From: Histomonas meleagridis 2922-C6/04-290x
Taxonomy: Eukaryota; Protista; Parabasalia
Reading direction: 5' to 3'
Assembly: GCA_020184695.1 (NCBI GenBank)
Contig: JAANOX010000080.1
Span: 1-64,000 of the forward strand
Length of the DNA: 64,000 nt
A model generated the notes under the pieces. That model saw only the letters and a program-made list of their open reading frames with translations, ran no database searches and was not told the DNA's origin. Shown in pieces: positions 42,173-53,892 of the stretch. The translations under genes were made by a program, and so were the position numbers. Positions within the stretch are counted from its first letter, which is position 1; every line of letters starts with the position of its first letter.

Positions 42173-44331
42173 TTAATGTTTTTTCAGTAATTTGAATATT
42201 TCTTTGTGCCCATAAATATATGCGATATCAAGAGCTGTTTCAAATATTTTGAATAATTTCCAAATATTATTTTGAAATATCATGTCAACAAAACAAATAC
42301 TAAAGAAAATAAGCAAATATCTACAACATCAATCTTTATATCTTTTCGTTTAAGAAGTAATTTAGCAACATCTAAATGACCTTTTTCAATTGCAATCATC
42401 AGAGCAGTTTTAAATCATTGTAAAAAATTCGAAATAATCTTTAGATAAATAAAATTTTTAAAACATATATAAAGTAAACTAAATAAATAGTTTTGGTATT
42501 AACATTAATATTTTTTTGCTCAAGAAGTAATTTAACGACATCCAAATCTCCAATCATAGAAGCCAAAATAAGGAATGTGTAAAATATTTTAAATAATTTC
42601 CAAATATTATTTTGAAATATCAAAATAACCATAAAAATATTTAATAAGATAAACAAATATCTTTCATATTAATATCAATTTCTTCTCGTTCAAGAAGTAA
42701 TTGAACAATATCAATATGGTTACAAGCAAGCATAAGCGCTGTAGAAAATAATTTTAATAAAATCCAAATAGTAATTTTAAATATCAAATATTACTAATAA
42801 ATATAAAATATAACGAATTGATATCTCTTGCATTGATATTAATTTCTTTTTGTTTAAGAAGTGATTTAACTATTTCTGTATAACCAAAAATTGAAGCTAA
42901 CATAAGTGGCGTAGCAAATTATTTAAAAAAATTCCTAATACTATTTTAAAATATCGAAATATCAAAATAAATTTCATATAATTAAAAGAAACAACAAAAT
43001 AAATAAACAAAATGTTCTATCATTGATGTTAATACCTTTATGTTTAATTAGTAATTTAGCTATTTCGATAGAACCTATTTCAGATGAAAGTGCAAGTGCA
43101 GAATAAAATATATTAAACAATTTCCAAATATTATTTTGAAATCCATAATTATTAAAATAAATATTAAATATAAAAAATAAATATTTTTAGCATTTACATC
43201 GATTCCTTTTTGGTCTAAAATATATTTAACAAGTTCAATATTTTTTGATTCTGCTGCATAAGGCAATATATTTTTAGGAATTTTTTCGGTTTTAAGAAAA
43301 TATTTTGTAAGGAAAATATTACCAACTCTTGGTGCTTCATTCACAATTTCTTGATTAAGTTTCATTCCTTTTTCTTTTAGAAATGTAAAAATTTCATAAT
43401 TATGATACACAATACATAATTGAGTTAAGAATACTATCTTTGGATTCGATTCGAGTTGATTTTCATATATATATTTAAAGACATCATTTCGATGATATAT
43501 AATTGCATTACTATATGATCTTTGAAATACTGAATGATTTTGTTCACATAAATGAATAATTTCTTCATTTCCGCCTGCTACAGCATATTTCCCAGTATCA
43601 GATACTTTAGCACCATTTAATAACAAATATTTAAAACATTTAATTGCTCCAAAAAATGCTGCATAATCTATTAGTGATGCATTTGTTTCATTAATAAATG
43701 AACATCTTTCATATGGTGATGGCTGAATTTTTTGTTTAAAATTAAATTTTGACTGTGATGATATTTCTTGAAGTTTTTCTAGATTATCATCTCGAATTAT
43801 TTTTGCAATTTCATTTGGATTTACTCCTTCTTTTATTAATTTCTTATGAATTTCCCATAAATTATCAGCATTTGACTCTCCAATATCATTTAGAAAAAAC
43901 CTACAATATGGATCATCAAATCCATGAATATTATTTTTTTCTAAGAATGGATTTTTTATATTTTCAATTTTTGCATCAATTAAGTTGTTTTCAATCATTT
44001 GAATAAGAAGATAATATGATTCTTGTGTGTTTTTCTTTTGAAGAAAATCTTGGAATTCATTAAGTATGTTTGCTTGAATTTGTTTATTTTCTTCAAATGC
44101 TTTTACTTTTTGAAGAAAATTCAAATACATATCAGAGTCTTTTGGATTTGCCATAAATAATGAATATACAATTTGATAAATAAGCATGTTAAAAGATAAA
44201 GGATAATCCCCATCAAAGTTGCTAAAAATCGATTTTATTGATTGATCAATGTTTTCTTTATTCAACCCAAAAATTGTATTTTTAATTGATAAGAGGAATT
44301 CCCATTCATCCTGTAAGTTTTGCTTTGCCAT
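42173..44331 (-). CDS. DUF3447-type ankyrin protein; loops punctuated by 25 spacers of 17 nt (predicted 577 aa)
   Basis: Paralogue of 6159-9271; six linkers (83, 103, 83, 83, 83, 83 nt); 2159 - 25x17 = 1734 nt = 578 codons. Confidence 0.8.
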
Positions 44332-44632
44332 TTTTGCGGAGTTGTGAGATTAAACAACAAAAATTTTATACACAAAAAGTTTAACTTTTTAATGCAAAGT
44401 GGCGCCGGTTGTGATGTGACATTTTAATCTATAAACGTTCAAATGTCATAGGTTGCAATATTTCTAGATTTTAAAGTATTTAAAATTCGTGAAATTAAAA
44501 AAAAATACAAATATTATAAGAAATTATATTTAGATTTAGTTAGAACTAAGTGTTGTAATCTGTTTGTTTTAAGCTTAAAATATTTCAAGAGGATTTTAAA
44601 AAATAATTTTTAGAAACAAAGATTTTATGTGA

Positions 44633-45046
44633 TTAACGAGAGCAAAAGCACATCAGTAAGAGAGTTGTTCCCAACAATGATCCAAGGAAAATTAGAAAGT
44701 TTAATTGCCTTGATGACACTAATGCAGCAACTCTTTCTGAAATGAACTCGAAAATTGGGACCTTTTCTTTCAAGAATTTAAAGTGTTTTGCAATGGTTTT
44801 GATTACTATTTCAATTGATAGTGATTCACCTGGTGGAATTGCAGAGAAAATGGAAATTGATAATATTAATACGTACCCCGCAACCAAGATAAATAAGACA
44901 AACCTCATAATATTCCAAAAGGATGAGAAAATTTCCGTAATGTTATTTACCAAAGAATCAATTGGTTCGTGTTTCGTATTGCTTTTTTGGAGTGTTTGTT
45001 TCTGTATCGCCTGCTTCTCCTTGTGATATATTTGGATTTCATTCAT
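44633..45046 (-). CDS. Small hypothetical membrane protein
   Basis: 137-aa ORF with two hydrophobic segments. Confidence 0.55.
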   Translation of the reverse strand: MNEIQIYHKEKQAIQKQTLQKSNTKHEPIDSLVNNITEIFSSFWNIMRFVLFILVAGYVLILSISIFSAIPPGESLSIEIVIKTIAKHFKFLKEKVPIFEFISERVAALVSSRQLNFLIFLGSLLGTTLLLMCFCSR

Positions 45047-45159
45047 TGTTCATGAATATGCGTATTTCTTGGAAATAAAATTTATGTTCGGTATTCGACT
45101 TTTTCTATGAATATTTATCGTTTATTTATAAAAATTTTCCAATTTTAAAGCATTGATCA

Positions 45160-45672
45160 ATGAGAAAACCATTTTCTGGAAAATCATCATTAGTAATCAC
45201 ATACACCGAAGGAATTTTGCCTAAGAAATATGTTCCACCTTTTGCAGATGTCACTTCTAAACAAGAATGTATCCTTAAATTAAATATTTGGGATATGTAT
45301 GATGCATACGGATCACACCATAATTTCCTTGCAATGTCATTTCAAATGCAGATGTTTTTATAATTTGTTTTGCTCATTAGTATACTCTTTCTCATTTTGC
45401 GGTATATCATAAAGATGGGTTCCGTTGATAAAAGTACATTTTCCCAAAGCTCTGATAATTTTAATAGGTTTAAAAACTGATAAAATGGATGCATCAATAT
45501 GAAGTTGAGGAAAAAAAGATTTATTACATATGGAGAAGATGAAATCGGTGCTGTTGCTTACATGGAATGTTCTGCAGCAACTGGTTACAATATGGATAAA
45601 GTTTTTCAAGTTGCAACTGCAATAGCCATCGAAAATAAAGTTAAAAAGGAATGTGCAAAATGTTTTCATTAA
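45160..45672 (+). pseudogene. Rho/Rac-like GTPase pseudogene
   Basis: FSGKSSLVITY, LNIWD, NADVFIICF, ILIGLKTD and YMECSAATG fall in different frames with stops. Confidence 0.75.
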
Positions 45673-45743
45673 AACGTAATAAAAATTCTTTCATTAAGGA
45701 TAATAATAAAAAAATTTAATATATGTAAAGATTAACATAACAT

Positions 45744-46256
45744 TTATAAATTGTCTTCATCAGCAGAAAGCTTAATTGCTGATAAAAACTCTGATTGTGT
45801 TATCTTTCCAACATCTTTACTGTGTATACTCAGATGCTCACGTGAGCCTTTGACACTAAGAATGATTTCCTTGAGTTCATCTTCAGTTAATCCATTTTCA
45901 AGTTCCGCCGAAACTTCTGTTAAATCTTCGAGTGAAAGATACCCGTCCATGTCTATATCTAAGTTGTTAAATGATTGTATGATCATTTCTTTAGGTTGAG
46001 GTTCAGAAATCTTTTTCATGAGAATTTGTGTAAATTCATTGAAATCAATTCTTTCGTTCTGGTTATTACATACAGATGAAATTAGAGTGTGAAGTTCTTC
46101 TTGTGTTGGATTAAAACCAAGAACTCGAAGAACGACACGAAATTCTGAAGCTTCGATTGTTCCACTTCCATCTTTATCGAAAAGGTTAAATGCTTGTCGT
46201 AGGTCATGTTTCTCATTATCTGTTAACGAAAATATTTGTTTTTGCTGAGGTTTCAT
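45744..46256 (-). CDS. Centrin/calmodulin-like EF-hand protein
   Basis: AFNLFDKDGSGTIE, DFNEF, DIDMDGYLS; first ATG at 46256. Confidence 0.88.
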   Translation of the reverse strand: MKPQQKQIFSLTDNEKHDLRQAFNLFDKDGSGTIEASEFRVVLRVLGFNPTQEELHTLISSVCNNQNERIDFNEFTQILMKKISEPQPKEMIIQSFNNLDIDMDGYLSLEDLTEVSAELENGLTEDELKEIILSVKGSREHLSIHSKDVGKITQSEFLSAIKLSADEDNL

Positions 46257-46533
46257 ATATAACGTATTTGAACGATATAAAAGTGTCACCAAATCAACAA
46301 ATAAAAATTATTCGAGATTATGAAGCTATTCTAAGATTTAAATAGCTTTTTTGATATAATAAATTAATTTTTTATCTATTTTGTTTTATATATAACAAAT
46401 TTCATATATTTATATTATTCGATTCTAATCAATAATTTCAACAAATTTTTGGAATTTATTTCACATTCGAAGTAATTTCCAAACTATTCACAGAATATAA
46501 ATAATTTTTCACATTAAATTTTTTCAGTTTCTT

Positions 46534-47910
46534 TTATTGTCTCAGCAACATCAATTGCGTTGTTCTCAATGCTTCTCTTCGAATAGCCTCTGAAGAACTT
46601 TGCAACAACTTCATCACAGCCAACTTAGCGCCCATCTCTTCCAACTTTTGTCTTCCGACTGGACTTCTTGCGGCGAATTCTCCCAAATCGTAACAAGCGA
46701 CGACGACTGTTTCTTCGTCATTTGACTCCAACAAATCTCTTAATGCTGCGATTACGCTGTACTGGTTCTCTCCGAATCGTTCGATGTTTGCTTTCCAGAA
46801 CAATTCCGACTTATGTGAGAATGAGAAATGTAATTTCCCAGACCCGACTTCTCGTGTGTACTTCTCCCAGAGTGATAACTTACGTAAGTTTTGGCTCAAC
46901 TTTTCGGCTGTTGTGCTGATCAATGTGATCATTTCTTGATCAACATAATGTTTCGTTTGGAATTGGCGCAATAAACGCAAAATGTCATTGTCATATGCAC
47001 TTTCAACAAAGACTGTACTTGGCGTAAGTTGTGCAATGATATTAACTAAGAGACGGACAATTTCTTCACGCTCTGGTTGGATCGTAGATAATAAGCGCGA
47101 AAGTTCTTTGACAAATTTGTTCTCAGATAATTGGCCGGCGCCATTTGCTGAATATGTAAGGGCCCAAAAACAAAACAAAATATGATACAAGGAGTCAGTA
47201 TGAGCTAACTTGGCAGCGGAACCAAGTAAATCTAATAATAATTCAATGCCTTTGGAATCAATAAAATCATCACGAAAACGATCAAATCGTAGAAAACGTT
47301 TTAGACCTTCAAAGGCAAGCGACGCAGGTTGGAGGCCATCACCAAGAAGACTAATAACTGTTCGGAGAAATATTGATTTATGCTCTTCACTACATTTGAC
47401 TTTAGGTTCGGATAATAGAGTACCAAGAAGAAGAAGAACAGTTCGTATCATAAAGGGATGAGCATCATGCGATGAAGAATGAGAAATGAGAATATTAGAT
47501 AATGACTTAATAAGTGAGTCAACTTGTGTAAGCAGTGATTTAACAGTGAGGTTAAAATCAGCATCAAGTAGGCAGTCAATGAAAGCACAAAGAAGTGATA
47601 TTGTGTTGGGAAGATTTCGAGTTTCTAGAAGTTTGGCAAATGTAGCCACATGTTTTGTACCTTTGAAGCAAAAGGCCTCAAGTTGCTCTTCAATGGGTTG
47701 TTTGAAAAGATCTACAAATGAACTGACATCGGTCTCTTGATCAGTATCAAGCATCAGAGAATGAGGTGGCGTCTGACGTAGGATGTTTTCGCGCTGTTCG
47801 ATACGTACAAAAAATGGGTGTTTCGAGCTTCCTTTAAGGATCATTTGTTCGAGCTGAAATAATTCAATGATCAACGGGGCACCCCAAACATGATAAAATT
47901 TGTTCGTCAC
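46534..47910 (-). CDS. V-type ATPase subunit H
   Basis: SHKSELFWKANIERF, VACYDLGEF, IRREALRTTQ; true start probably downstream of the GTG. Confidence 0.88.
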   Translation of the reverse strand: MTNKFYHVWGAPLIIELFQLEQMILKGSSKHPFFVRIEQRENILRQTPPHSLMLDTDQETDVSSFVDLFKQPIEEQLEAFCFKGTKHVATFAKLLETRNLPNTISLLCAFIDCLLDADFNLTVKSLLTQVDSLIKSLSNILISHSSSHDAHPFMIRTVLLLLGTLLSEPKVKCSEEHKSIFLRTVISLLGDGLQPASLAFEGLKRFLRFDRFRDDFIDSKGIELLLDLLGSAAKLAHTDSLYHILFCFWALTYSANGAGQLSENKFVKELSRLLSTIQPEREEIVRLLVNIIAQLTPSTVFVESAYDNDILRLLRQFQTKHYVDQEMITLISTTAEKLSQNLRKLSLWEKYTREVGSGKLHFSFSHKSELFWKANIERFGENQYSVIAALRDLLESNDEETVVVACYDLGEFAARSPVGRQKLEEMGAKLAVMKLLQSSSEAIRREALRTTQLMLLRQ

Positions 47911-48105
47911 GATGACGAATTATCGCAATTTAAGCATTTTTACGTATAATATCACTCCTCATTATTTTTGTATTTGTCATATCTGAACATTTTATTTATT
48001 TTCTTAAAATTTGAAAATTTTGAACAATGAAATTAATTTTGAATTGCGTAATTTGATTCTTTAATATATGTACGGAAAAAAAAAAGTTATTATAATTATT
48101 ATTAT

Positions 48106-49785
48106 TTAATTCATTCCCATCATTGCCGCCTGCTGCGCTTGTGCCATTGCAGTATTTTCCTCTAATTTCTGTGTGACCGATTTCTTATTTACTGGGTTAC
48201 CGTTTTCATCTCTTTTAATTAAGCCTGAGACAATATCATCGACTCTTAACAATGATATTGCGCATTCGAAAGCGGTTTTGTAAACCTGTGATTTCACCGC
48301 TAACGTATCCCACACGTTAATTTTCCTCATGTCCTCAATTTCGCCGGTTAATCCGTTTATGCCCATATAATATTTGTTAGGGTCTTCTGAATGTATTGAC
48401 CTCAATTTTGTGAGCACTTTCATCGGTGAAGCGCCACAATTTTGTATTAATGTTCGTGGAATAACTTCAAACGCTACAGCTGCGGCTATGTATGCCATTT
48501 GTTCTACTGAGTCCAATTGTCCGCACTTCTTTCTTAATGCTGCAGATACAGATACTTCAGTCGCACCGCCGCCAGGTAATAGCGATGGCTCCTTAAGCAA
48601 ATTCTTCGCAACTTTTAACGCGTCGTCCATAATACTGAACATTTCCAAGAGTACATCTTTCGTTGGACCGCGCAATAACATTGTGCATGCCTTTGGATTC
48701 TCGCATTGATCAAAGACTGACCACCATTCGTCGCCGAACTTACGACATTCGTATAATCCGCATTTTGTACCTAAATCAGATTCAACTGCTTCATGTGGAT
48801 CTGAGACAATTGTCGCGCCACAACATAATGCGATTCGATCCAAATGTACTTTTTGGAATCTTCTTAATGCTGTGATTCCGGCCTCACTTAAGTAATGTAA
48901 TGCCAAATCGCTGACGCCTTTTTCAGCTAACACTAAGTCACAGCCTGTTGCAATGACTGCGTCACAAAGGTCTTTGACTTGTGCTTCTTCTTCTGCTAAT
49001 ACATTTGCGTAATCATTTTCGCCACTGATTTCTATGTTTGTTATACTTTCGCCTTTACGATATTCTAATCCACAATCGAGAATTAAAATCTTTGGATGTT
49101 CAATACGACGACGCATATTTGAATGTAAGACATCTTTGTTAATCATTGTACCCTTCATTACATATGAATCTTCGATTTCTCCGCCCGGAATACGTTCAAT
49201 TCGAAGGTTACGTTTAAGGTCAACGGTTCCGTCGTCGGTTTTGATCGTTCTGACAGCATCGAGCGCTAATTTCGCAATTAAATCGGACCATCTTGATAAG
49301 AACTTGGTGCCAATTGCGGATTTTATGATGCCAAGCATTTCCGCATCGCTTGTGTTGTCGATTGGTTTCTTGATTGTTTTAAGATGTTCAAGTGCATCAT
49401 CAAGTGCTTTACGAAGTCCTGAAATAAGAATATGCGGATGGACACCATCTTTAATGTGTTTTTCAAGAACAGAAAGAAGTTCTCCTGCAAGAACTACAAC
49501 AGATGTGGTACCATCTCCAACTTCTTCATCTTGTCCACGTGCAAGTTCAATAATGGATTTAGCTGCTGGATGACTAACATCTATTTCACGGAGAATAGAA
49601 TTTCCATCATTTGTTATAACAAGAGTACCCATTGAATCTAGAATCATTTTAAGCATTGCTTGAGGACCAAGACATGTACGAATAACATCAGCAGTGACTT
49701 TAGCGGCAGCAATGCAAGAAAGCTGTGCTTTACGACCAGTATCTCGCTTTGTTGTCTGGTTAAGAACAATGATTGGTGATTGCAT
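48106..49785 (-). CDS. CCT3: T-complex protein 1 subunit gamma
   Basis: IRTCLGPQAMLKM, TNDGNSILREI, GDGTTSVV, VERIPGGEIED-like segment; ATG at 49785. Confidence 0.93.
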   Translation of the reverse strand: MQSPIIVLNQTTKRDTGRKAQLSCIAAAKVTADVIRTCLGPQAMLKMILDSMGTLVITNDGNSILREIDVSHPAAKSIIELARGQDEEVGDGTTSVVVLAGELLSVLEKHIKDGVHPHILISGLRKALDDALEHLKTIKKPIDNTSDAEMLGIIKSAIGTKFLSRWSDLIAKLALDAVRTIKTDDGTVDLKRNLRIERIPGGEIEDSYVMKGTMINKDVLHSNMRRRIEHPKILILDCGLEYRKGESITNIEISGENDYANVLAEEEAQVKDLCDAVIATGCDLVLAEKGVSDLALHYLSEAGITALRRFQKVHLDRIALCCGATIVSDPHEAVESDLGTKCGLYECRKFGDEWWSVFDQCENPKACTMLLRGPTKDVLLEMFSIMDDALKVAKNLLKEPSLLPGGGATEVSVSAALRKKCGQLDSVEQMAYIAAAVAFEVIPRTLIQNCGASPMKVLTKLRSIHSEDPNKYYMGINGLTGEIEDMRKINVWDTLAVKSQVYKTAFECAISLLRVDDIVSGLIKRDENGNPVNKKSVTQKLEENTAMAQAQQAAMMGMN

Positions 49786-50186
49786 TGAAAGTGTTCGAAC
49801 AAACTCCCTCAAATTTATGCCACTTTTTTAATAAAGAAAAACAATTTGAGATTCGCTAAAAATTATCTTTATTTTTCATGTTTAGATAAATTTGAACTCA
49901 TTCCATATAGAAAACAAAAAAAGTAAAAAGAATGTGATTTAAAATCAAATTTTATATAAATTCAATTTAAAATTTTAAAAACGATTAAAACTTTATTAAA
50001 AAAGAATTGCTATTTATCAATAGGTATTGAGTTTTGGAACTAATCCATTTTTTTTTTAAAAATAAGCTCCATGGTTTATGTATTATATATAATCAAAAAT
50101 GTTAAACCAAATTTAAAAAATCGAAAATAAATTTATTGATCGTTTCATAGATTCAAAAAAAAAAACACTTATTTATTGGAAAATTA

Positions 50187-50567
50187 TTAATCATAAGGTT
50201 CAGCATATTCATATACATCTGGAAGAACAATACCATAAAGTTTTTTTGATTGAGGTGGCTTCTTTGGATTAATTTTTAAAGGTTTCATCGAAGGAACATC
50301 GTTGAGCATTGATGGGAGTCTTGGTGCATTTGGATCTTTTTGTCTGTTTTCTTCCTTTTGGTGTCTGTGTGATGTAGATCTATTAGGGGCATCTGTAAAT
50401 TTTGATTTTGGTTGTTCTTTGGCCTTATTTCTATAAAATTCATTTTTTTCTGCGTGATTCCTAAACGAAGTTGGTTCGAGGGCAGAGGCTGCCTCTGATC
50501 TGTTAAGTGTTTTGACGGCAGAAACAGGCTCAGATGAACCAATTCCTGCAAAAAAAGGGTCGTTCAT
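50187..50567 (-). CDS. Hypothetical 126-aa protein
   Basis: ATG-started ORF, no recognisable domain. Confidence 0.5.
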   Translation of the reverse strand: MNDPFFAGIGSSEPVSAVKTLNRSEAASALEPTSFRNHAEKNEFYRNKAKEQPKSKFTDAPNRSTSHRHQKEENRQKDPNAPRLPSMLNDVPSMKPLKINPKKPPQSKKLYGIVLPDVYEYAEPYD

Positions 50568-50987
50568 TGTTAGTGAAACATCAGGGCAGTCTGTTTGGTC
50601 GTTGACACTTTTTCAAACAATGTGTTTGGCTTTCCGATTTGGAAAACACCAGAATCAGCGCATTAACAAAATGGTTCAACCAGAACTGGGCTACTAAGAT
50701 TGGATCCCAGGAGTAAAGGACCGCACATTCTCATGAATATCTTTTTTCAAATTGATAACATTTATTTCGGAAGAAATCCTTTACTGAGTACTCATACTTT
50801 TGTTTTATAACTTTACAGTTGTAGGATGCTCATCATAAGAGATTTTTGATATCAATTTCGTGTTTTAGTTTCAGAAAACATTAAATACGTTTTTCTTTAT
50901 TTTTATTAAAAGTACGAAGAAATTGAGATTTATTATGGGGTGAAGTTACTAATTATTAGAATTAATGAATCTTAATTCAAAATTAAT

Positions 50988-52919
50988 TTATTCATCCGCA
51001 AAATCATCATCAAATGGATCATCTTCGGCTTCATTGTAAAGTGGGTTTTGGTAGTTAACTGTAGAATCCTTTTCGATTGTTGTATCCACAGCATCTCCAA
51101 TACCAGAAAGGACAGCCTTTGCACCGAAGTTCTTGAAAATGGCAACAGCTGCTGCAACGATTGCAGCAACACCAACAATTGCACCAGCAATAGCGTAATA
51201 CTTAACGTTGCTATCTTCGGAATCATCAACGGTTCCCTGTTGGTCTACTGGGATACCATTAATGAATGAAGGAGAAGGTGATTGTGAAGCTGAAATTGAT
51301 CGTGTTGGTGATACAGATGATGAAATAGAACGTGATGCTGAAATAGAACGTGATGCTGAAATAGAACGTGATGGTGATGCAGAAGGTGATGGAGATTGTG
51401 ATGGTGTTGCTGCTGGGATTGTGAGCTTGACGCTTTTAACTGGGCTGATATTACCGAAGCCATCATATGCAATTGCATATAAGTGTTGACCATCTTTGAA
51501 ATCGTCACGAGTTAATTGAATTGTTGAAGATTCTGAGATTAAGCCATTGTTAGCTAAGTCACTTTCTGTAAGGCTAGCGCCTTCATCTGCAATTAAGTAT
51601 TTGTAATACTTAACACCAGTTGTAACAGTTGCCTCTGCAACATTTGATTCTAACAAAATTTCATCTGTATCTCTGTCAACAGCTTTAAGTTGGAAACGAT
51701 ATTTTGAACCAGAATCAATTGCTTCAATAGCAACAGTAAGTGTATCTTCATAGAAATTGATTGTTTGGATCTTTGGTGCAGCATAATCTTGTGATGAATG
51801 ATCTTCGGAAAATGTTTCATAAGTTCTTTGCTTCAAATAATAAATGGTATTTGCAATGACTTGGATTTCACTTACTGTGGATTCACAGTTACTATGACCT
51901 GTTTGGATCATTGCTGTGTTATCTTTGGTTGTTAAATAGAAGTTATGTTTAAGGCCAAACTTATCTATTTCCTCGCCACTTTTATCGAAGGACATCCAAA
52001 CATCTCCTGTAGCTGCATGATATGTTGTGTGTGAAGCTGGAATTGTTAAGGTTGTTCCAATTTTACCAATTTCATAAGGATAATTTGTTAAAAGTCCTTC
52101 TTTTCGAATTTGAATTGTGCTAGAGTCCTTCTTTTTATAAGTAGGTTTTCCGTGAATGCCATTTAATGTAATTTCATCATCAATGTTCATTGAATAAATT
52201 CCAAATAATTTTCGAATAGCAACTAAACCAGTAGCACGACCACCTCTGATGAAATCAAAAGAGATAGAATCATGTCCTGTCAAAACACCATATCCTGCAT
52301 TAATGTAAGGTTTAATATAATCTTCAGCTGTTGTTGTTTTGATTGAATATCCTGAATTTGCATCCCATGTTCCAAAGAAGATAACATCATAATCATAAAT
52401 AAACTTAGGATTATTAACAATTTTATCTTCAAAATCATTGATTGACATTGGAGTAACAAAAATAAGTTGTTGCTTTGTGTTTTGATCGATACCAGCTGCA
52501 TCAAATTTTTCTACTTTATTTAGTTTATTATCAATTATGGTTCCTCCTTCCATCCAAATCTTTAAAGCAGCTGACTTTGAAATTGTGATTTTAGTTCCAT
52601 TTGTGAATATAAAGTCAACTAAATAAGTGTTATATTTTCCAGTATTTTTAGAATCTTGTCCTTTATTGCCATCAATTTGACTTGGATATACATTAAGTAC
52701 ATTGACTTTGGTACCAGATATATAAGTGCTAATTTGCTTCCAGTTACCCCATTCATCATTTTCATAACTTTTTTGATAAAGTTTGTAATAAATATTTCCA
52801 GTAACATTATTCCAAGAAAGATAAGTACCACCTTTACCATTTGCTAAATCTGCTCTTGGTTCAGCAGAAAGAGTAAGTTCTTGTTCACTTCTAATGAACG
52901 TAAGAAGGAAAACAAACAT
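50988..52919 (-). CDS. Type I surface protein: signal peptide, bacterial-like globular domain, Ser-rich stalk, TM, acidic tail
   Basis: MFVFLLTFIRS; ASRSIS repeats; TM YYAIAGAIVGVAAIVAAAVAIF; cytoplasmic NPLY motif. Confidence 0.8.
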   Translation of the reverse strand: MFVFLLTFIRSEQELTLSAEPRADLANGKGGTYLSWNNVTGNIYYKLYQKSYENDEWGNWKQISTYISGTKVNVLNVYPSQIDGNKGQDSKNTGKYNTYLVDFIFTNGTKITISKSAALKIWMEGGTIIDNKLNKVEKFDAAGIDQNTKQQLIFVTPMSINDFEDKIVNNPKFIYDYDVIFFGTWDANSGYSIKTTTAEDYIKPYINAGYGVLTGHDSISFDFIRGGRATGLVAIRKLFGIYSMNIDDEITLNGIHGKPTYKKKDSSTIQIRKEGLLTNYPYEIGKIGTTLTIPASHTTYHAATGDVWMSFDKSGEEIDKFGLKHNFYLTTKDNTAMIQTGHSNCESTVSEIQVIANTIYYLKQRTYETFSEDHSSQDYAAPKIQTINFYEDTLTVAIEAIDSGSKYRFQLKAVDRDTDEILLESNVAEATVTTGVKYYKYLIADEGASLTESDLANNGLISESSTIQLTRDDFKDGQHLYAIAYDGFGNISPVKSVKLTIPAATPSQSPSPSASPSRSISASRSISASRSISSSVSPTRSISASQSPSPSFINGIPVDQQGTVDDSEDSNVKYYAIAGAIVGVAAIVAAAVAIFKNFGAKAVLSGIGDAVDTTIEKDSTVNYQNPLYNEAEDDPFDDDFADE

Positions 52920-53892
52920 TAAAATGTCAATTTCAATACTTCGGTTTTTGATAACTTTGCAACCATTTTCTCAATATGGAAATAACTTCGGCACAATGGG
53001 ATAACACATGCTATAATTGAAAATATATTATCACTGATAAATAGTTAAGATAAATTTATGTTTACATAATGTTTGATAATGTATCTATTAAGAAATTTAT
53101 GTTTATATTCCCTTCATCATCGTAGATAGCCCACTCAAGCTTTCAAAAGCCTCGTAATCATTGCGCCATACAAAAACGAAAAATTGAATACAGTTTTGAA
53201 TACGTTATTTGGTTATAACAAAACATGTTTTCTCTATCATTATTTCAATGGTGTTTTATGGTTATGTTTGGTCGAAAGCTTTCGACCTGTAAATTTGCCG
53301 CCTGAAATTGAATGCGATTCGAACGATAATTTCTTGTTATAACAACCTTATTTAAATTTCATAATGGTATATACAACACATTCAAAAACTTCATAGAAAA
53401 AACATGGAATCTAATGATATCCAATATAACTATTAATAGTATTACTCTAATCGAATAGTTATTGTGTTTTTTCATTAAAATATCGACGCCATTAAATATA
53501 TTATATCCGCGTTTTCAAATTGTAAATCGCTTTATAATTGTGTACAATTCGAAAACTTTGTTGAATTCATATATATACCGATTAATAGTAAACATAATAT
53601 ATCACACAAGAGGTCACATTATCTAAATTTGGTATATAAATTTTCAATTATTCATCAAAATATACATAAAGAATTGGTGGTTAATACAATGATGACGAAA
53701 TATTTATTGAAATATATGTATTAAATGGATTACCTTAAAAACTCACATAATTTTAACGAAAAAAAGAATTTTGTTGTAAAGTTGCACGACAATCCATCTT
53801 TCATATACTAAATTGCCCTTCTACAGATAAAATTGGTGATCACAATACTATATAAAAATTAAGTTTTGACAATTTTACAGTATATTGTTTAA

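Noticed and set aside
45060-45672. Rho-like gene as another 17-nt-punctuated gene
   Set aside because: Lesions are 1-nt indels and point stops, not 17-nt blocks.
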